Origin: an uncultured Desulfatitalea sp.
Lineage (GTDB): Bacteria > Desulfobacterota > Desulfobacteria > Desulfobacterales > Desulfosarcinaceae
DNA length: 64,000 nt
Assembly: GCA_963668675.2 (NCBI GenBank)
Contig: CAXXMB010000002.1
Span: 2,048,001 to 2,112,000, forward strand
Direction: 5' to 3'
A program made the translations under genes and the position numbers. This document shows, one piece after another, positions 1 to 11,066 of the stretch (positions are counted from its first letter, which is position 1; the number at the start of each line of letters is the position of its first letter). A model generated the notes under the pieces. The model saw only the letters and a list, made by a program, of their open reading frames with translations. It was not told the DNA's origin and searched no databases.

Positions 1-10
1 CTATACGGCG

Positions 11-1573
11 TTGAGCGCACCCTGGGAGGTGGATCATCGCATCCAAGCCGCACTGAAGGAGATCCAGCACTTCTTCATGGTCGAGGACATCTCCATCTTT
101 CTTCACGACAGCAAAGAGAAGTTCTATCTGAAGTACCACTATGGCCCGCCCCGACTCGAACAGAAGCCGCTTCCGTCCGATAACCCCCTTATCAACGAAG
201 TGGCCCGTACCGGCGAATCGAGGCTCATCGAGAAGGTGGATCCGGAACAAGCGCCCTTCTTGGCCGAGCTTGCCGGCAAGGGGTTTCTGTCGCTAGCCTA
301 TATCCCCATCAGCGCCAAGGAGAAAAAATCATTGGGCGTGCTGCAGATCGCCAGTCGGAGTCCCAAACAGTACGACGAGGATGAGCGTCATGTCCTGGAG
401 CTGATCGGCAACCGTATCGGCGCGGCGCTCGAAAACGCCATGCTCCAGGAGCAGTACATCAAGTCCGAAAAGAAATATCGATCACTCTTCGATAACGACC
501 CGAACCCGATTTTTATCATCGACCACCACTCGCTTGACATCCTGGACATCAACGAACGGGCCAAGGAGTGCTACGGATATGATCGCAGTGAACTCAACGG
601 CATGCCGTTCATGCAGCTGGGCGACCCGGCGGATGTCGAAGTGCAAAAGGGGATGACGCAGTTGGCGGTCGGCCAGTCGATCCTCTTTTCCAAGCGTCGT
701 CATTTCCGCAAAGACGGACATCCCTTTTATGTCAACATCAATGCCAGCCATGCCCACTACGGCGAAGGCCATGTTCTCATCGCCACGACCACCGACATCA
801 CAGAGACGGTCGAGAAAGAGACACAACTCGTACAGGCCAGCAAGATGACCACCCTGGGGTTGATGGCCGCCGGCATGGCCCATGAAATCAACCAACCGCT
901 CAATGTCATCCAGATTTGTGCCGACTATTTTTTAAAAATGGTCAACCGTGAACAGCCGATCCCGCCTGAAGACCTGCGCAACATGGCCAATGACATTACT
1001 GCCAATGTCACCCGCGCCACTGGTATCATTCGGCACGTGCGCGATTTCGCGCGCCAGTCCGAAGTGGAGAAGAACAGAATAAGGATCAACGATCCGATTC
1101 GGGATGTCTTCAAAGTCATGGGGCACCAGATCAAGGTTCACCAGATTGAGCTTGACCTGGATTTGGACGACGATATACCTTTTGTCATGGCCGACCATAA
1201 CCGCCTGGAGCAGGTCTTCATCAATCTCGTCACCAATGCCATCGACGCCATGGATGAAAAGGCGGAGCAGACCGAACACAAGGATATGACCAAACGCCTC
1301 TTCATTGGTACCCGAACTGAAAAGGGCAAAGTGGTCGTAACGGTTCGGGACAACGGGGTCGGCATGAGCGAAGAGGTCAAAAACAAGTTGTTCGAACCCT
1401 TTTTCACCACCAAAAAAGTGGGCAAGGGAACCGGACTGGGCGTCAGCATCAGCTACGGAATCATCAAAGACTACGAAGGCACCATTGAGATTCAGAGCAA
1501 GAAGGGAGAGGGGACGGCGTTTGTGTTAACGTTCCCGATATACATCGATGCCAGCAAGCCAACACATTCATAA
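11..1573 (+). CDS. GAF/PAS sensor histidine kinase (5' partial, starts before the window)
   Basis: GAF and PAS regions, H-box AHEINQP, N-box NAIDA, G-boxes DNGVG/GTGLG. Confidence 0.9.
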   Translation: MSAPWEVDHRIQAALKEIQHFFMVEDISIFLHDSKEKFYLKYHYGPPRLEQKPLPSDNPLINEVARTGESRLIEKVDPEQAPFLAELAGKGFLSLAYIPISAKEKKSLGVLQIASRSPKQYDEDERHVLELIGNRIGAALENAMLQEQYIKSEKKYRSLFDNDPNPIFIIDHHSLDILDINERAKECYGYDRSELNGMPFMQLGDPADVEVQKGMTQLAVGQSILFSKRRHFRKDGHPFYVNINASHAHYGEGHVLIATTTDITETVEKETQLVQASKMTTLGLMAAGMAHEINQPLNVIQICADYFLKMVNREQPIPPEDLRNMANDITANVTRATGIIRHVRDFARQSEVEKNRIRINDPIRDVFKVMGHQIKVHQIELDLDLDDDIPFVMADHNRLEQVFINLVTNAIDAMDEKAEQTEHKDMTKRLFIGTRTEKGKVVVTVRDNGVGMSEEVKNKLFEPFFTTKKVGKGTGLGVSISYGIIKDYEGTIEIQSKKGEGTAFVLTFPIYIDASKPTHS

Positions 1574-3101
1574 AATTCTTCTCATCGATGATGAAGAAGA
1601 CATCGTGCGTGTGCTCTCCATGAGTCTTCGCAGCGACGGCTATGAAGTGATCACCGCGCTGAATGGAGAAGAGGGCCTGCATCTCTTTAAGGAGCAGGCC
1701 CCCGACCTTGTTCTGACGGACATCAAAATGCCCGGCATGGATGGCATCGAAGTGCTTCGCAACGTCAAAGGCATGGAAACGAATTCGGAGGTGATCATCG
1801 TCACTGGCCATGGCGATATCGACAATGCTATTGAAGCACTCAAATTCGGCGCCTCGGATTTCATCAACAAACCGGTGCGCGATGAAGTGCTTACGGTGGC
1901 CATCCAGCGCGCCGATGAAAAAATGGCCATTCGAAAGCAATTGAAGGCGTATACCGACAAACTGGAAGAGAAAGTGGCCCAAGCCACGCTGGAGCTGCGC
2001 CGCAAGTCCAACTTTCTCTCCCGCTTGATTGAAAGTTCCAACGACGCCATCATCGCCACAGACGAAAATCTCGCCATTGTCATCTTCAACCCGGGTGCCC
2101 GACGCATTTTCGGATACACCTTTGAAGAGGTCGGATTAAAACCGATCACAGAGCTGCTGCCGGACGAACTGATCCGCACATTGACGATGCAATCCAAGGC
2201 CGGCGCCGGGGCGAAGCCAACTGAATGGATGGAGACGACAGTCAAAGCGAAAGACGAATCGACGATTCCGGTGCGATTGTACGCCGCCCCATTGAAAGAG
2301 GGCCAAAAGGTGATGGGAACGGTCTCTTTTTACCAGGATCTTCGGGAGATCAAACGCCTGGAGAGTGAACTGCTGCATGCGGAGCGGCTTGCCGCTATCG
2401 GGCAGACGGTGGCCGGCGTTGCCCACGGTGTCAAGAATCTGCTGCACGGATTCAAAGGGGGCTCCTATCTGGTCAATCTGGGCATCGAGAAGAACAACCG
2501 TGAAAAACTCAACCAGGGGTGGGAGATCGTACAGCGCAATATCGGCCGCACCTCGGACCTGGTCATGGACCTGCTCTCCTTCTCAAAGGAGCGCGAACCG
2601 GAGTATGCGCCTTGCGATCCCAACGCCATTGTCATGGAAGTGTGCCAGATGGTTCAAGCGACCGCAGAAAGCTACAACATTCGCATTGCAACCGATCTGG
2701 CGCCGAACATCGACACGCTCTGCCTCGACGCGCACATCCTCCACCAGTGTCTTTCCAATCTGGTCTCCAACGCCATCGATGCCTGCCTCTTCGAGGTGGA
2801 GACAGAGAAGCAATGGCAGGTGACGGTTCGGACACGGCTTGCTAACGAGAGCCATATCTGCTTTGAGATCATCGACAACGGCATTGGGATGAATCGGGAC
2901 GTGCAAGCGAAACTGTTCTCTCGCTTTTTCAGCACCAAAGGCCATCGCGGAACGGGCTTGGGACTGCTGGTGACCCGCAAGTTGGTTCAGGAGCATGGTG
3001 GCACCATCGACGTTGAATCGAAACCCGGCCATGGGACCACTTTCACTATCTGTCTGCCGTTCATGGCCCAAGGGGCAGCGGCAGTCAGTGCCGGTGGTTG
3101 A
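1548..3101 (+). CDS. Hybrid receiver-PAS-histidine kinase
   Basis: N-terminal REC (DDE, TDIKMPGMDG, KP), PAS, AHGVKN, DNGIG, GTGLGL. Confidence 0.9.
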   Translation: MPASQHIHKILLIDDEEDIVRVLSMSLRSDGYEVITALNGEEGLHLFKEQAPDLVLTDIKMPGMDGIEVLRNVKGMETNSEVIIVTGHGDIDNAIEALKFGASDFINKPVRDEVLTVAIQRADEKMAIRKQLKAYTDKLEEKVAQATLELRRKSNFLSRLIESSNDAIIATDENLAIVIFNPGARRIFGYTFEEVGLKPITELLPDELIRTLTMQSKAGAGAKPTEWMETTVKAKDESTIPVRLYAAPLKEGQKVMGTVSFYQDLREIKRLESELLHAERLAAIGQTVAGVAHGVKNLLHGFKGGSYLVNLGIEKNNREKLNQGWEIVQRNIGRTSDLVMDLLSFSKEREPEYAPCDPNAIVMEVCQMVQATAESYNIRIATDLAPNIDTLCLDAHILHQCLSNLVSNAIDACLFEVETEKQWQVTVRTRLANESHICFEIIDNGIGMNRDVQAKLFSRFFSTKGHRGTGLGLLVTRKLVQEHGGTIDVESKPGHGTTFTICLPFMAQGAAAVSAGG

Positions 3102-3217
3102 CCTGTTTTACAGGCCTTGATCACCTATCCGTCTCTCGGGAAAAGAGAACGGCAGAAAAGAGAAATCGACCCGATCAATAGACGAAACCTTCATTCGGAT
3201 CCAAGGAGGAAAGGCAC

Positions 3218-3610
3218 ATGGGTAAAAAAGTGCTCGTTGTGGACGACGATCCAGACGTCAGACTCTTCAGCATCACGGTTTTGGAAGAGCATGGGTATAC
3301 CCCTCTGGAGGCGGCCGACGGGGAGCAAGGTCTTTTTATCGTGAAAAAGGAGCAGCCCGATCTGGTCATCCTGGATGTTCTGATGCCAAAAGAGAGCGGT
3401 GTGCGTCTGTTTCGCCAAATTAAAACCGACCCCAAGCTCAAACAAACGCCGGTGATCATTTTGTCCGGCATCACCCAAAAATCGTTTCTGCGCTCCCAGA
3501 AGGCCTTAACTGAATTTGGTGGGGCGGAGGTGCCTGCCCCGGAGGCCTATCTGGAAAAACCCGTTGAACCCGACGAGTTGGCCGCTGCCATAGGGGAGAT
3601 ATTGCAATAG
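3218..3610 (+). CDS. Single-domain response regulator
   Basis: VVDDD, LDVLMP, EKP receiver motifs; AGGA RBS. Confidence 0.9.
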   Translation: MGKKVLVVDDDPDVRLFSITVLEEHGYTPLEAADGEQGLFIVKKEQPDLVILDVLMPKESGVRLFRQIKTDPKLKQTPVIILSGITQKSFLRSQKALTEFGGAEVPAPEAYLEKPVEPDELAAAIGEILQ

Positions 3611-3640
3611 GCGGGCGCAAGACAGGAGAACGGTCAGCGC

Positions 3641-4522
3641 ATGGATATCCGAAAACTTCTATTTGTCACAAAGTTTGACGACCTTAGCTTCGATGCACTG
3701 CAAAGCCTGCTGGCGTTGCGAAAGGCGTCCTTGAACCATGTCGTCTTCGTCAATGTGATCGAAAGAGAAAAAGTGGCCATGCATCGCGGCTTGGGGTACC
3801 AAAAAATAGAAGAGATACGCTTGCGCGAGACCGCCAATATCCGATTCATCGACTGGGCCGAAACCCTTTTCGAGCAAGGCATGGAGGTGGGCGTCTATAT
3901 CGTGGTCGGCAACATGGTGCGACAGGTTTTCGAGGCCGCCCGAAAGGAGGACGCCGATCTCATTGTCATCGGGCGTTCACGCAAGCGATTCATCGACCAG
4001 GTCTACTCCGGCTCCAATGTCACCGAACTTTTGCGCCAAGCCTCGATTCCCGTTCTGGTCTACAAACCCATGCCCGACAAAATCGAGGTGCTCGACCGTC
4101 CGTTCGATCGGGTTCTGCTGGCCACGGACTGGTCGCCGGCCAGCGTCCGGGCCGAGGACTACCTGAGACCCTTGAACGGAGCGGTGAATCAGGTGCATGT
4201 GATCCATGTGGCCCAAGAGAAGGAGTTGAAAGGCGACAGCGCCATGGCCATTCAGAAAGTGCGCAAAACGGCTCGCAGCAGGCTTGAGGAGATATGCGAC
4301 CGCTTTGCGGGCGTCGGCATCGATGCGCGCGCCCACGTCTATGTCGGCGACCCGGTCAGAGAGATTGAAAGGGCTGCCAAGGACTGCCAGGCCACGTTGA
4401 TCGTTCTGGGCTCCTCCGGCAAGCCGGAGTGGGTGGAGCGTTGGCTGGGCAGTGTGCCGCAAACCATTGCCGAAAAATCCGATTACCCGACACTGATCGT
4501 TCCGCCGCCCAAGCCAAACTGA
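3641..4522 (+). CDS. Universal stress protein (tandem Usp domains)
   Basis: Two Usp domains (DLIVIG..SGSNV; ATDWS..LIVLGSSG..LGSV). Confidence 0.9.
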   Translation: MDIRKLLFVTKFDDLSFDALQSLLALRKASLNHVVFVNVIEREKVAMHRGLGYQKIEEIRLRETANIRFIDWAETLFEQGMEVGVYIVVGNMVRQVFEAARKEDADLIVIGRSRKRFIDQVYSGSNVTELLRQASIPVLVYKPMPDKIEVLDRPFDRVLLATDWSPASVRAEDYLRPLNGAVNQVHVIHVAQEKELKGDSAMAIQKVRKTARSRLEEICDRFAGVGIDARAHVYVGDPVREIERAAKDCQATLIVLGSSGKPEWVERWLGSVPQTIAEKSDYPTLIVPPPKPN

Positions 4523-4565
4523 GCGACGATCTCTTTGACGCAATCAGGAGGGACAGGAGGAGAAG

Positions 4566-5186
4566 ATGGCCGTTATCACCATATCACGTCAATTTGGCGC
4601 CGGGGGCAAAACCCTGGGAGAGAATATCGCCCAGCGTTTGGGATACGCCTTCGCCGATGAAGACATCATCCAAAAGATCGCTGAGCTGGCCAAGGTCTCC
4701 CCAGGCTGGGTGGAGTCCGTGGAAAAAGAGGCCGGTGGGCGTCTTTCCCGGATGATCAGCCGAATGGTGTCAAAGCCCCTGATCGAAAAAATTCTCAAAG
4801 ACGAGCGCGGCTATATCGACGAACAGATCTATCTCGATTACCTGGTGGTATTGATATCCCAGATGGCTGACGAAGGCGATGTGATTATAATGGGCCGCGG
4901 CAGTCAGTACATTTTGAACGACATGGAGGAAGCGTATCACGTGCTGCTGATCAACAGCTTTGACAACCGTGTGCGCTTTATCGAAGAGCACTACGAGATG
5001 ACCGAGCATCGTGCCGTCCAGCTGGTCAAGGCCCAGGACAAGCGACGGGCCAACCTCTACCACAAGTTGGGTAAACAGGATTACGATCAGCCGGATCTAT
5101 ATCATCTGGTGATCAACACCTCCCGGGTCAGCATAGAGGACGCTTCCCGACTGATCATCCGTATGGTCCAACAGAAGGGAGCTTGA
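4566..5186 (+). CDS. Cytidylate kinase-like family protein
   Basis: ITISRQFGAGG P-loop variant, VIIMGRG, YHLVINT. Confidence 0.85.
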   Translation: MAVITISRQFGAGGKTLGENIAQRLGYAFADEDIIQKIAELAKVSPGWVESVEKEAGGRLSRMISRMVSKPLIEKILKDERGYIDEQIYLDYLVVLISQMADEGDVIIMGRGSQYILNDMEEAYHVLLINSFDNRVRFIEEHYEMTEHRAVQLVKAQDKRRANLYHKLGKQDYDQPDLYHLVINTSRVSIEDASRLIIRMVQQKGA

Positions 5187-5508
5187 CCGGCAAAACCCGA
5201 AATGCCAGGCAACGCATATCGCGGGGAGGACTTGCCTGCATCATCCCCCTGTTACCCGCCGATTCTATCGACAAATCAAACGCATCCGATCCGTTTGAAC
5301 CCACCAAACCTCGTTGACAGAGTGTCGCGCTATGGGGTAGGCTGCTTGCGCCGAATCGAAACAGCGCCACATTTGCCATGTCTCGCATCAACACCGTTTG
5401 CAATTCGGCATAAACAGATATCACACGAGCCAAGCCTGTATGTAAGTGGTTACCCCCTTGGCAAGGCTTTTGCGGAACGATCTCATTACCTTCAAGGAGC
5501 GGACAGTC

Positions 5509-6678
5509 ATGAGCAAAGAACGCTATCTTTTCACATCGGAATCGGTCACCGAAGGGCACCCGGACAAGGTCGCCGATGCCATCTCCGATGCAGTACTCGA
5601 TGCCATCATGGCCCAGGACACGGCCTGTCGGGTAGCGTGCGAAACACTGGTCACCACCGGAATGGCTTTTGTCGCAGGTGAAATCACCACGTCATGCTAT
5701 GTGGACATACCGGAAATCGTTCGTAACACGATCCGGGAGATCGGCTACAGCTCATCCCAGATGGGGTTTGACTGGCGAACCTGCTCAGTGCTCACCAGCC
5801 TTGGCCACCAATCCCCGGACATCGCCCAGGGGGTCAACATGGGCGAGGGGCTCCACGAAGAGCAGGGTGCCGGCGATCAGGGGCTGATGTTCGGCTACGC
5901 CACCGATGAGACGCCCGAACTGATGCCCATGCCCATCATGTATGCCCATAAGCTTACCCAGCGGCTGGCGACCGTACGCAAAAACAGCGCTCTGGACTTC
6001 CTCAGGCCGGACGGCAAATCCCAGGTCACCATCGAATATGAGAACGGCACCCCTTTGAGGGTGGATACGGTGGTGGTCTCTTCCCAACATAAACCGGACG
6101 TTACCTATGACGAGCTCAAAGATGCGATCATCGAAGAGGTGATTAAAAAGGTGATACCCCGCGAAATGATTGATGGCGACACCCGCTATTTCATCAATCC
6201 CACCGGCCGTTTTGTGATTGGAGGCCCCATGGGGGATTGTGGGCTGACCGGGCGCAAAATCATCGTCGACACCTACGGCGGACAAGGGAGCCACGGTGGT
6301 GGCTGTTTTTCCGGCAAAGACCCCTCCAAAGTGGATCGCAGCGCCAGCTACATGGGGCGTTACGTGGCCAAAAACCTGGTGGCTGCCGGATTGGCCAAGA
6401 AGTGTGAAGTACAGGTTGCCTATGCCATCGGCGTGGCTCAACCAGTATCGGTCATGATCCACTTCATGGGCACCGGCAACATTTCCGAAAGCCGCGCGCG
6501 AGAAATCGTGGCCGAAGTGTTCGACTTGAGACCGGCGGCCATCATCAGACAGCTGGACCTGTTGCGCCCGATCTACGGAAAAACATCCGCCTACGGCCAT
6601 TTCGGTCGCAATGAACCCGAATTTTCCTGGGAGCGGACCGACAAGATCGAGGAGTTGAGAAAAAAAGCCGGCCTTTAG
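5509..6678 (+). CDS. metK: S-adenosylmethionine synthetase
   Basis: [31 protein letters not shown] at 5509 follows AAGGAG RBS. Confidence 0.98.
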   Translation: MSKERYLFTSESVTEGHPDKVADAISDAVLDAIMAQDTACRVACETLVTTGMAFVAGEITTSCYVDIPEIVRNTIREIGYSSSQMGFDWRTCSVLTSLGHQSPDIAQGVNMGEGLHEEQGAGDQGLMFGYATDETPELMPMPIMYAHKLTQRLATVRKNSALDFLRPDGKSQVTIEYENGTPLRVDTVVVSSQHKPDVTYDELKDAIIEEVIKKVIPREMIDGDTRYFINPTGRFVIGGPMGDCGLTGRKIIVDTYGGQGSHGGGCFSGKDPSKVDRSASYMGRYVAKNLVAAGLAKKCEVQVAYAIGVAQPVSVMIHFMGTGNISESRAREIVAEVFDLRPAAIIRQLDLLRPIYGKTSAYGHFGRNEPEFSWERTDKIEELRKKAGL

Positions 6679-6784
6679 ACCATGACATTGCTCTTTTTCG
6701 CCTTAACATGCGATTCATCATTGACGATATTAACTGAAGCGGTGACGTGACACGCCGCCACTTTGGAATCAAGGAGAATTTTAA

Positions 6785-8239
6785 ATGCCATTAGCGCCGA
6801 ATATGGAGAGCCCGAAAGGGTTTCGGGAGGTCGATCCGGCCTTGCCCTATAAAGTGGCCGATCTTCAACTGGCCCCCCTGGGGTACCAGGAGATGGCCCT
6901 TTCGGAAAGAGAGATGCCCGGCTTGATGACCGTGCGCGAAAAGTACGGCAAAACAATGCCCCTCAAAGGACTTAAGGTGATGGGCAGCCTGCACATGACC
7001 ATCCAAACCGCCATGTTGATCGATACCCTCAAGGTCCTTGGAGCGGATATCCGATGGGCCTCATGCAACATCTTCAGCACCCAGGACCATGCCGCCGCCG
7101 CCATCGCCGATAAGGGGTCGGCCGCCGTGTTCGCTTGGAAAGGTGAAACCCTGGAAGAGTACTGGTGGTGCACGGAGCAGGCCCTGATCTGGCCCGATGG
7201 CAGTGGGCCCGACCTGATCGTCGACGACGGCGGGGATGCCACCATCTATATCCATCAGGGCGTGGCCGTCGAGAAAGACCCCTCTCTGCTGGAAAAAACA
7301 TATGACAGCGAAGACATGCGCCTGCTCATGGCCCGGTTGAAGGTGAGCCACAATCGCGATCCCCGGTTTTGGACGCGCATCGCCGCCGGCATCAGAGGGG
7401 TATCAGAGGAGACCACTACCGGTGTGCACCGCCTCTACCAGCTTCAACGGGACGGAGAACTGCTCTTCCCGGCCTTTAACGTAAACGACTCGGTCACCAA
7501 ATCCAAATTCGATAATCTTTACGGCTGCCGTGAATCTCTGGCGGACGGTATCAAACGCGCCACCGATGTGATGATTGCCGGCAAAGTGGTGGTGGTTTGC
7601 GGTTACGGTGACGTCGGCAAGGGGTGTGCGCACTCCATGCGCGGCTACGGGGCCCGTGTTCTGATCACCGAAATCGACCCCATCTGTGCTCTGCAGGCGG
7701 CCATGGAGGGATTTGAAGTGCTCACCCTGGAGGATGCCGTGGCCTTGGGTGACATCTTTATTACGGCCACGGGTTGCTGTGATGTGATTCAAGGCACCCA
7801 TATGGAGCAGATGAAGGATGAGGCGATCATATGCAATATCGGTCACTTCGACAGTGAGATCGAGATGCGCTACCTTGAGACTTCGGACCAGTGCACCCGG
7901 GAGGAGATCAAACCCCAGGTCGACCGCTGGCGCCTGAAGTCCGGACGCTCGATCATCGTTCTGGCTGAAGGCCGCCTGGTCAACCTCGGTTGCGCCACAG
8001 GCCATCCCAGCTTTGTTATGAGCAATAGCTTCACCAACCAGTGTCTGGCGCAAATTGCCCTGGCAACGGAAAAGCACGAGAAAAAGGTCTACACCATTTC
8101 CAAGAAACTGGACGAAGAGGTGGCGAGACTGCACCTCGGCCGTTTGGGCGTCAAGTTGACCCAGTTGACCCAAAAACAGGCCGACTACCTTGGCATTTCG
8201 CCCGATGGCCCATTTAAACCGGAACACTACCGATATTGA
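6785..8239 (+). CDS. ahcY: Adenosylhomocysteinase
   Basis: [45 protein letters not shown]. Confidence 0.98.
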   Translation: MPLAPNMESPKGFREVDPALPYKVADLQLAPLGYQEMALSEREMPGLMTVREKYGKTMPLKGLKVMGSLHMTIQTAMLIDTLKVLGADIRWASCNIFSTQDHAAAAIADKGSAAVFAWKGETLEEYWWCTEQALIWPDGSGPDLIVDDGGDATIYIHQGVAVEKDPSLLEKTYDSEDMRLLMARLKVSHNRDPRFWTRIAAGIRGVSEETTTGVHRLYQLQRDGELLFPAFNVNDSVTKSKFDNLYGCRESLADGIKRATDVMIAGKVVVVCGYGDVGKGCAHSMRGYGARVLITEIDPICALQAAMEGFEVLTLEDAVALGDIFITATGCCDVIQGTHMEQMKDEAIICNIGHFDSEIEMRYLETSDQCTREEIKPQVDRWRLKSGRSIIVLAEGRLVNLGCATGHPSFVMSNSFTNQCLAQIALATEKHEKKVYTISKKLDEEVARLHLGRLGVKLTQLTQKQADYLGISPDGPFKPEHYRY

Positions 8240-8268
8240 TCCTTTTATACTGAAAGCGGCACAATGAG

Positions 8269-8302
8269 AAAGGCAGCCCTGAAAGTGGCTGCCTTTTGTT
8301 TT
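8269..8302. terminator. Intrinsic terminator between ahcY and convergent receiver gene
   Basis: aaaggcagcc-N8-ggctgccttt followed by tgtttt. Confidence 0.8.
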
Positions 8303-8371
8303 CGTTATCCGAATGGCTCGCGAATCATCCGCAGCCTATTCGATCCCACTCTCAGCCGCTGCTCTTCATTC

Positions 8372-8773
8372 TCAGGCCACAGGGGATGCCGAATTGTCTA
8401 CCACAAATTGCTGAACGATATCGAAAAGGTCTTGAAGGGCGAAGGGGCGCGCCAGAAAAACATCCGCTCCCAGTTCGGTAGCGGCGATCTCATCGGCGGG
8501 ATTGGCGGACATGGCAATCAAACAGATTTCAGGGTATCTCTGCTTTATCTGGCGCAAAAGTTCGAAGCCGCTTTTACCGGGGAGATGTACGTCGGTGAAA
8601 ACCAGATGAACCTCTTTACCCGACTTCAGGTAGGCCTCGATATCGGCGGCATTTTCAAAAACGAGCACATCCCGGTTGACGCTGTACATCATCACATTGA
8701 CAATGAACTCCCGCGTCAGGCGGTCATGATCGACAACTGCGATTTGGACGTTGTCTACGATAGCTATCCTCAC
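8372..8773 (-). CDS. Single-domain receiver protein (atypical)
   Basis: LVFTDVHLPGKSGFEL; RPF in place of KPF. Confidence 0.8.
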   Translation of the reverse strand: MRIAIVDNVQIAVVDHDRLTREFIVNVMMYSVNRDVLVFENAADIEAYLKSGKEVHLVFTDVHLPGKSGFELLRQIKQRYPEICLIAMSANPADEIAATELGADVFLARPFALQDLFDIVQQFVVDNSASPVA

Positions 8774-9150
8774 GCAACCCTGAGAAATGGCACATCGGAC
8801 AAGTGCAACTGCTCAGTTAGGTACCTGCTGATGTGGTCGACATTATCTGCCAGTGCCTGCAGCCGGAAACCTTCCAGGTGATGCCCCGATGCAAACGAGG
8901 TGGCCATCACTGCAAGCAACTGTACCCGTTGACAAAAAAAATGGGACAACAGATCGTCGGATTGCTCCTTTTTGTCTGTATCAACAGCGATACATCGATT
9001 TGAGTGGTGCAGGGATTGGTAGAAGACGAGACGGGCGTTTTCACTGATGGCGGATCTTCTCCTCTCTCCGACAGGGTATCCTTTCAGATACCCTTTGGCC
9101 ATAACGACCAACAGCTGCAGTCGCAAGAAAAAAATATCTTCATCCGCCAT
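8770..9150 (-). CDS. Hypothetical protein with internal duplication (start uncertain, 9150-9189)
   Basis: Two similar R.QLL.VMA halves; stop overlaps start of downstream receiver gene. Confidence 0.65.
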   Translation of the reverse strand: MADEDIFFLRLQLLVVMAKGYLKGYPVGERRRSAISENARLVFYQSLHHSNRCIAVDTDKKEQSDDLLSHFFCQRVQLLAVMATSFASGHHLEGFRLQALADNVDHISRYLTEQLHLSDVPFLRVA

Positions 9151-9497
9151 CGCACGCATCTCTTGTGTGGGTGCTCCACTTCGAACCATCTATCACTTCC
9201 TGTCATCATCGCAACGCAGGGCTGAATGCACCGCAAAGAACACTGGTTTTCTCTTATGTCATAGCGTCACTGTTCGTCAAGAGAAAGCAAAGAGATGTCT
9301 CGAATCAGACAGCTCTCGATACACACCTGGAAGTGCTTTTCCTACTGGGCTGACCACCATTTTTCCACCTATGGTAGCATTCGTCCTATCGATTGGCGAA
9401 TGGTTGACGCGGTGTTGATGCGTCTTACTTTTTAGTCTGTTTGGCCGGGGATGCACCTGGCCGGTATCAATTATCTCATGGCGTAAAGGAAAAGACG

Positions 9498-9701
9498 ATG
9501 GCATGCCCTCTGTGCAAATCCCAACAGTTTTATGTTAAGAATCCTGATGATAGCTTCGAGACTTATGATTTCGATCTTAAAAAGGGCCAAATCCAATTTG
9601 AAGATCCGGTTGGCGCACCAACACAGGACGAAGTCAAAAATGAGCGAGAGGTCTTCTGCCAACGTTGTGCATGGCATGGCCCTTACGATAATATCAAATA
9701 G
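9498..9701 (+). CDS. Small CxxC...CxxC zinc-ribbon-like protein
   Basis: CPLC and CQRC; AAGGA RBS. Confidence 0.7.
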   Translation: MACPLCKSQQFYVKNPDDSFETYDFDLKKGQIQFEDPVGAPTQDEVKNEREVFCQRCAWHGPYDNIK

Positions 9702-9882
9702 CGTCTAACCACACGGGGCAGAGACGCCTTCACCGGGATAAAAAGCTGGATTCCTTCTGAAAAATATGCCAATATCGGTGATATTCGGCTAATCACATCA
9801 CACATCACAAAATGCAACTCAAAGTAGCGGAGCGTCACCGATACGAAATCGGATGCTGAGCCGGTAAAGGCAATTCAATCGG

Positions 9883-10947
9883 ATGGGTAACAAACATCGT
9901 CGAACGCCCCTTTGGTGGTGTCTCCAGATTGTAATCTGGAGCCTCTTAAGTGTGCACGTCGCGGTTGCAGCGCCGCCTGAGACAGAAACCGTCTCCTCCT
10001 TACAAGCGGATCCGACGGGCCAAGCCAATGAACTGCCAACCATATACAAGAGGATCAGCAACGCCGTAGACCTCTCCGTCGGCCTCAGCGCCGGCCTGCG
10101 CTTTGACGAATTCAAGTGGTCCATTGCAGGCAACTCCGGTGGCACAAGCCCCAACATCCTCTCCGAACTGGAGTGGGACCAGGTCTTGAGCCACCAGCTC
10201 AGCATGGGCGGAACACTTGAGGTGAAACGCCGGTTCTACTGCCGCGGCCAGGGCAACATCGCCTGGATACAAAGCGGTAGCGTTCGCGACTCGGACTATG
10301 ACGGCGATGACCGCACCCTTGAGTATTCACGATCGACGAGTGAAACCAATGGAGACGAGATGTACGATCTGGTGGTCGGCGCCGGCTACCCCATTCACCT
10401 CCTGCGGGATCGTCTCTTCCTGGCCCCTTTGACAGGTATCTCATACCACGTCCAAAATTTCCGAATCACCAATGGTGAACAAGTTATCAGTGATCCTCCC
10501 CGTACGCCCCCGGTCGGCCCACTGGACAGCCGACTGAACAGCACTTACAGCGCACACTGGTTCGGCCTCTGGGCCGGATGCGACCTGCGCTATCTGATGG
10601 AGACGCCAAATCAGGAGACCCCGCCCATCGTATGGGAGCTGAGTCTGATGTACCACTTCCTGGGCGACTATTCGGCCGAAGCGGACTGGAACCTAAGGGG
10701 AGATCTGGCCCACCCTAAAAGTTTTGAGCACGATGCCGACGCTGAGGGAATCTCCTTGACCATGAAGTGCCAAATCCCCATCAACCAAAAAGTGGGCATC
10801 CACCTCATGGCCAACTTTACCCGCTGGACCACCGATGAGGGCGACGCCACCATCTATGAGACCAGTGGTACGAGCCATACCCAACTCAACGACGTCGAAT
10901 GGGAGACCCACAGCGTTATGGTTGGGGTCGACTGCCTCTTTTTCTAA
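9883..10947 (+). CDS. Omptin-like outer-membrane beta-barrel protein
   Basis: Signal peptide, ILSELEW, DSDY, amphipathic strands, terminal Phe. Confidence 0.7.
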   Translation: MGNKHRRTPLWWCLQIVIWSLLSVHVAVAAPPETETVSSLQADPTGQANELPTIYKRISNAVDLSVGLSAGLRFDEFKWSIAGNSGGTSPNILSELEWDQVLSHQLSMGGTLEVKRRFYCRGQGNIAWIQSGSVRDSDYDGDDRTLEYSRSTSETNGDEMYDLVVGAGYPIHLLRDRLFLAPLTGISYHVQNFRITNGEQVISDPPRTPPVGPLDSRLNSTYSAHWFGLWAGCDLRYLMETPNQETPPIVWELSLMYHFLGDYSAEADWNLRGDLAHPKSFEHDADAEGISLTMKCQIPINQKVGIHLMANFTRWTTDEGDATIYETSGTSHTQLNDVEWETHSVMVGVDCLFF

Positions 10948-11066
10948 TACCGCCGAACATCACATCACAGCGCCGCGTTTGTGGCCAACGATCTGACGAC
11001 CCAACGGTTGCAATCCCGAGCCCTTCGACTTAACTTAACAAGATACCAAGCAATGCACAGGCGAGG

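Noticed and set aside
5187..6784. SAM/SAH riboswitch or SahR operator in the metK and ahcY upstream regions
   Set aside because: No SAM-I, SAM-II or SAH core motifs and no convincing palindrome recognised by eye.
9793..10973. CATCACA short repeats on both sides of the omptin-like gene as insertion scars
   Set aside because: Too short and low-complexity to support a target-site duplication.
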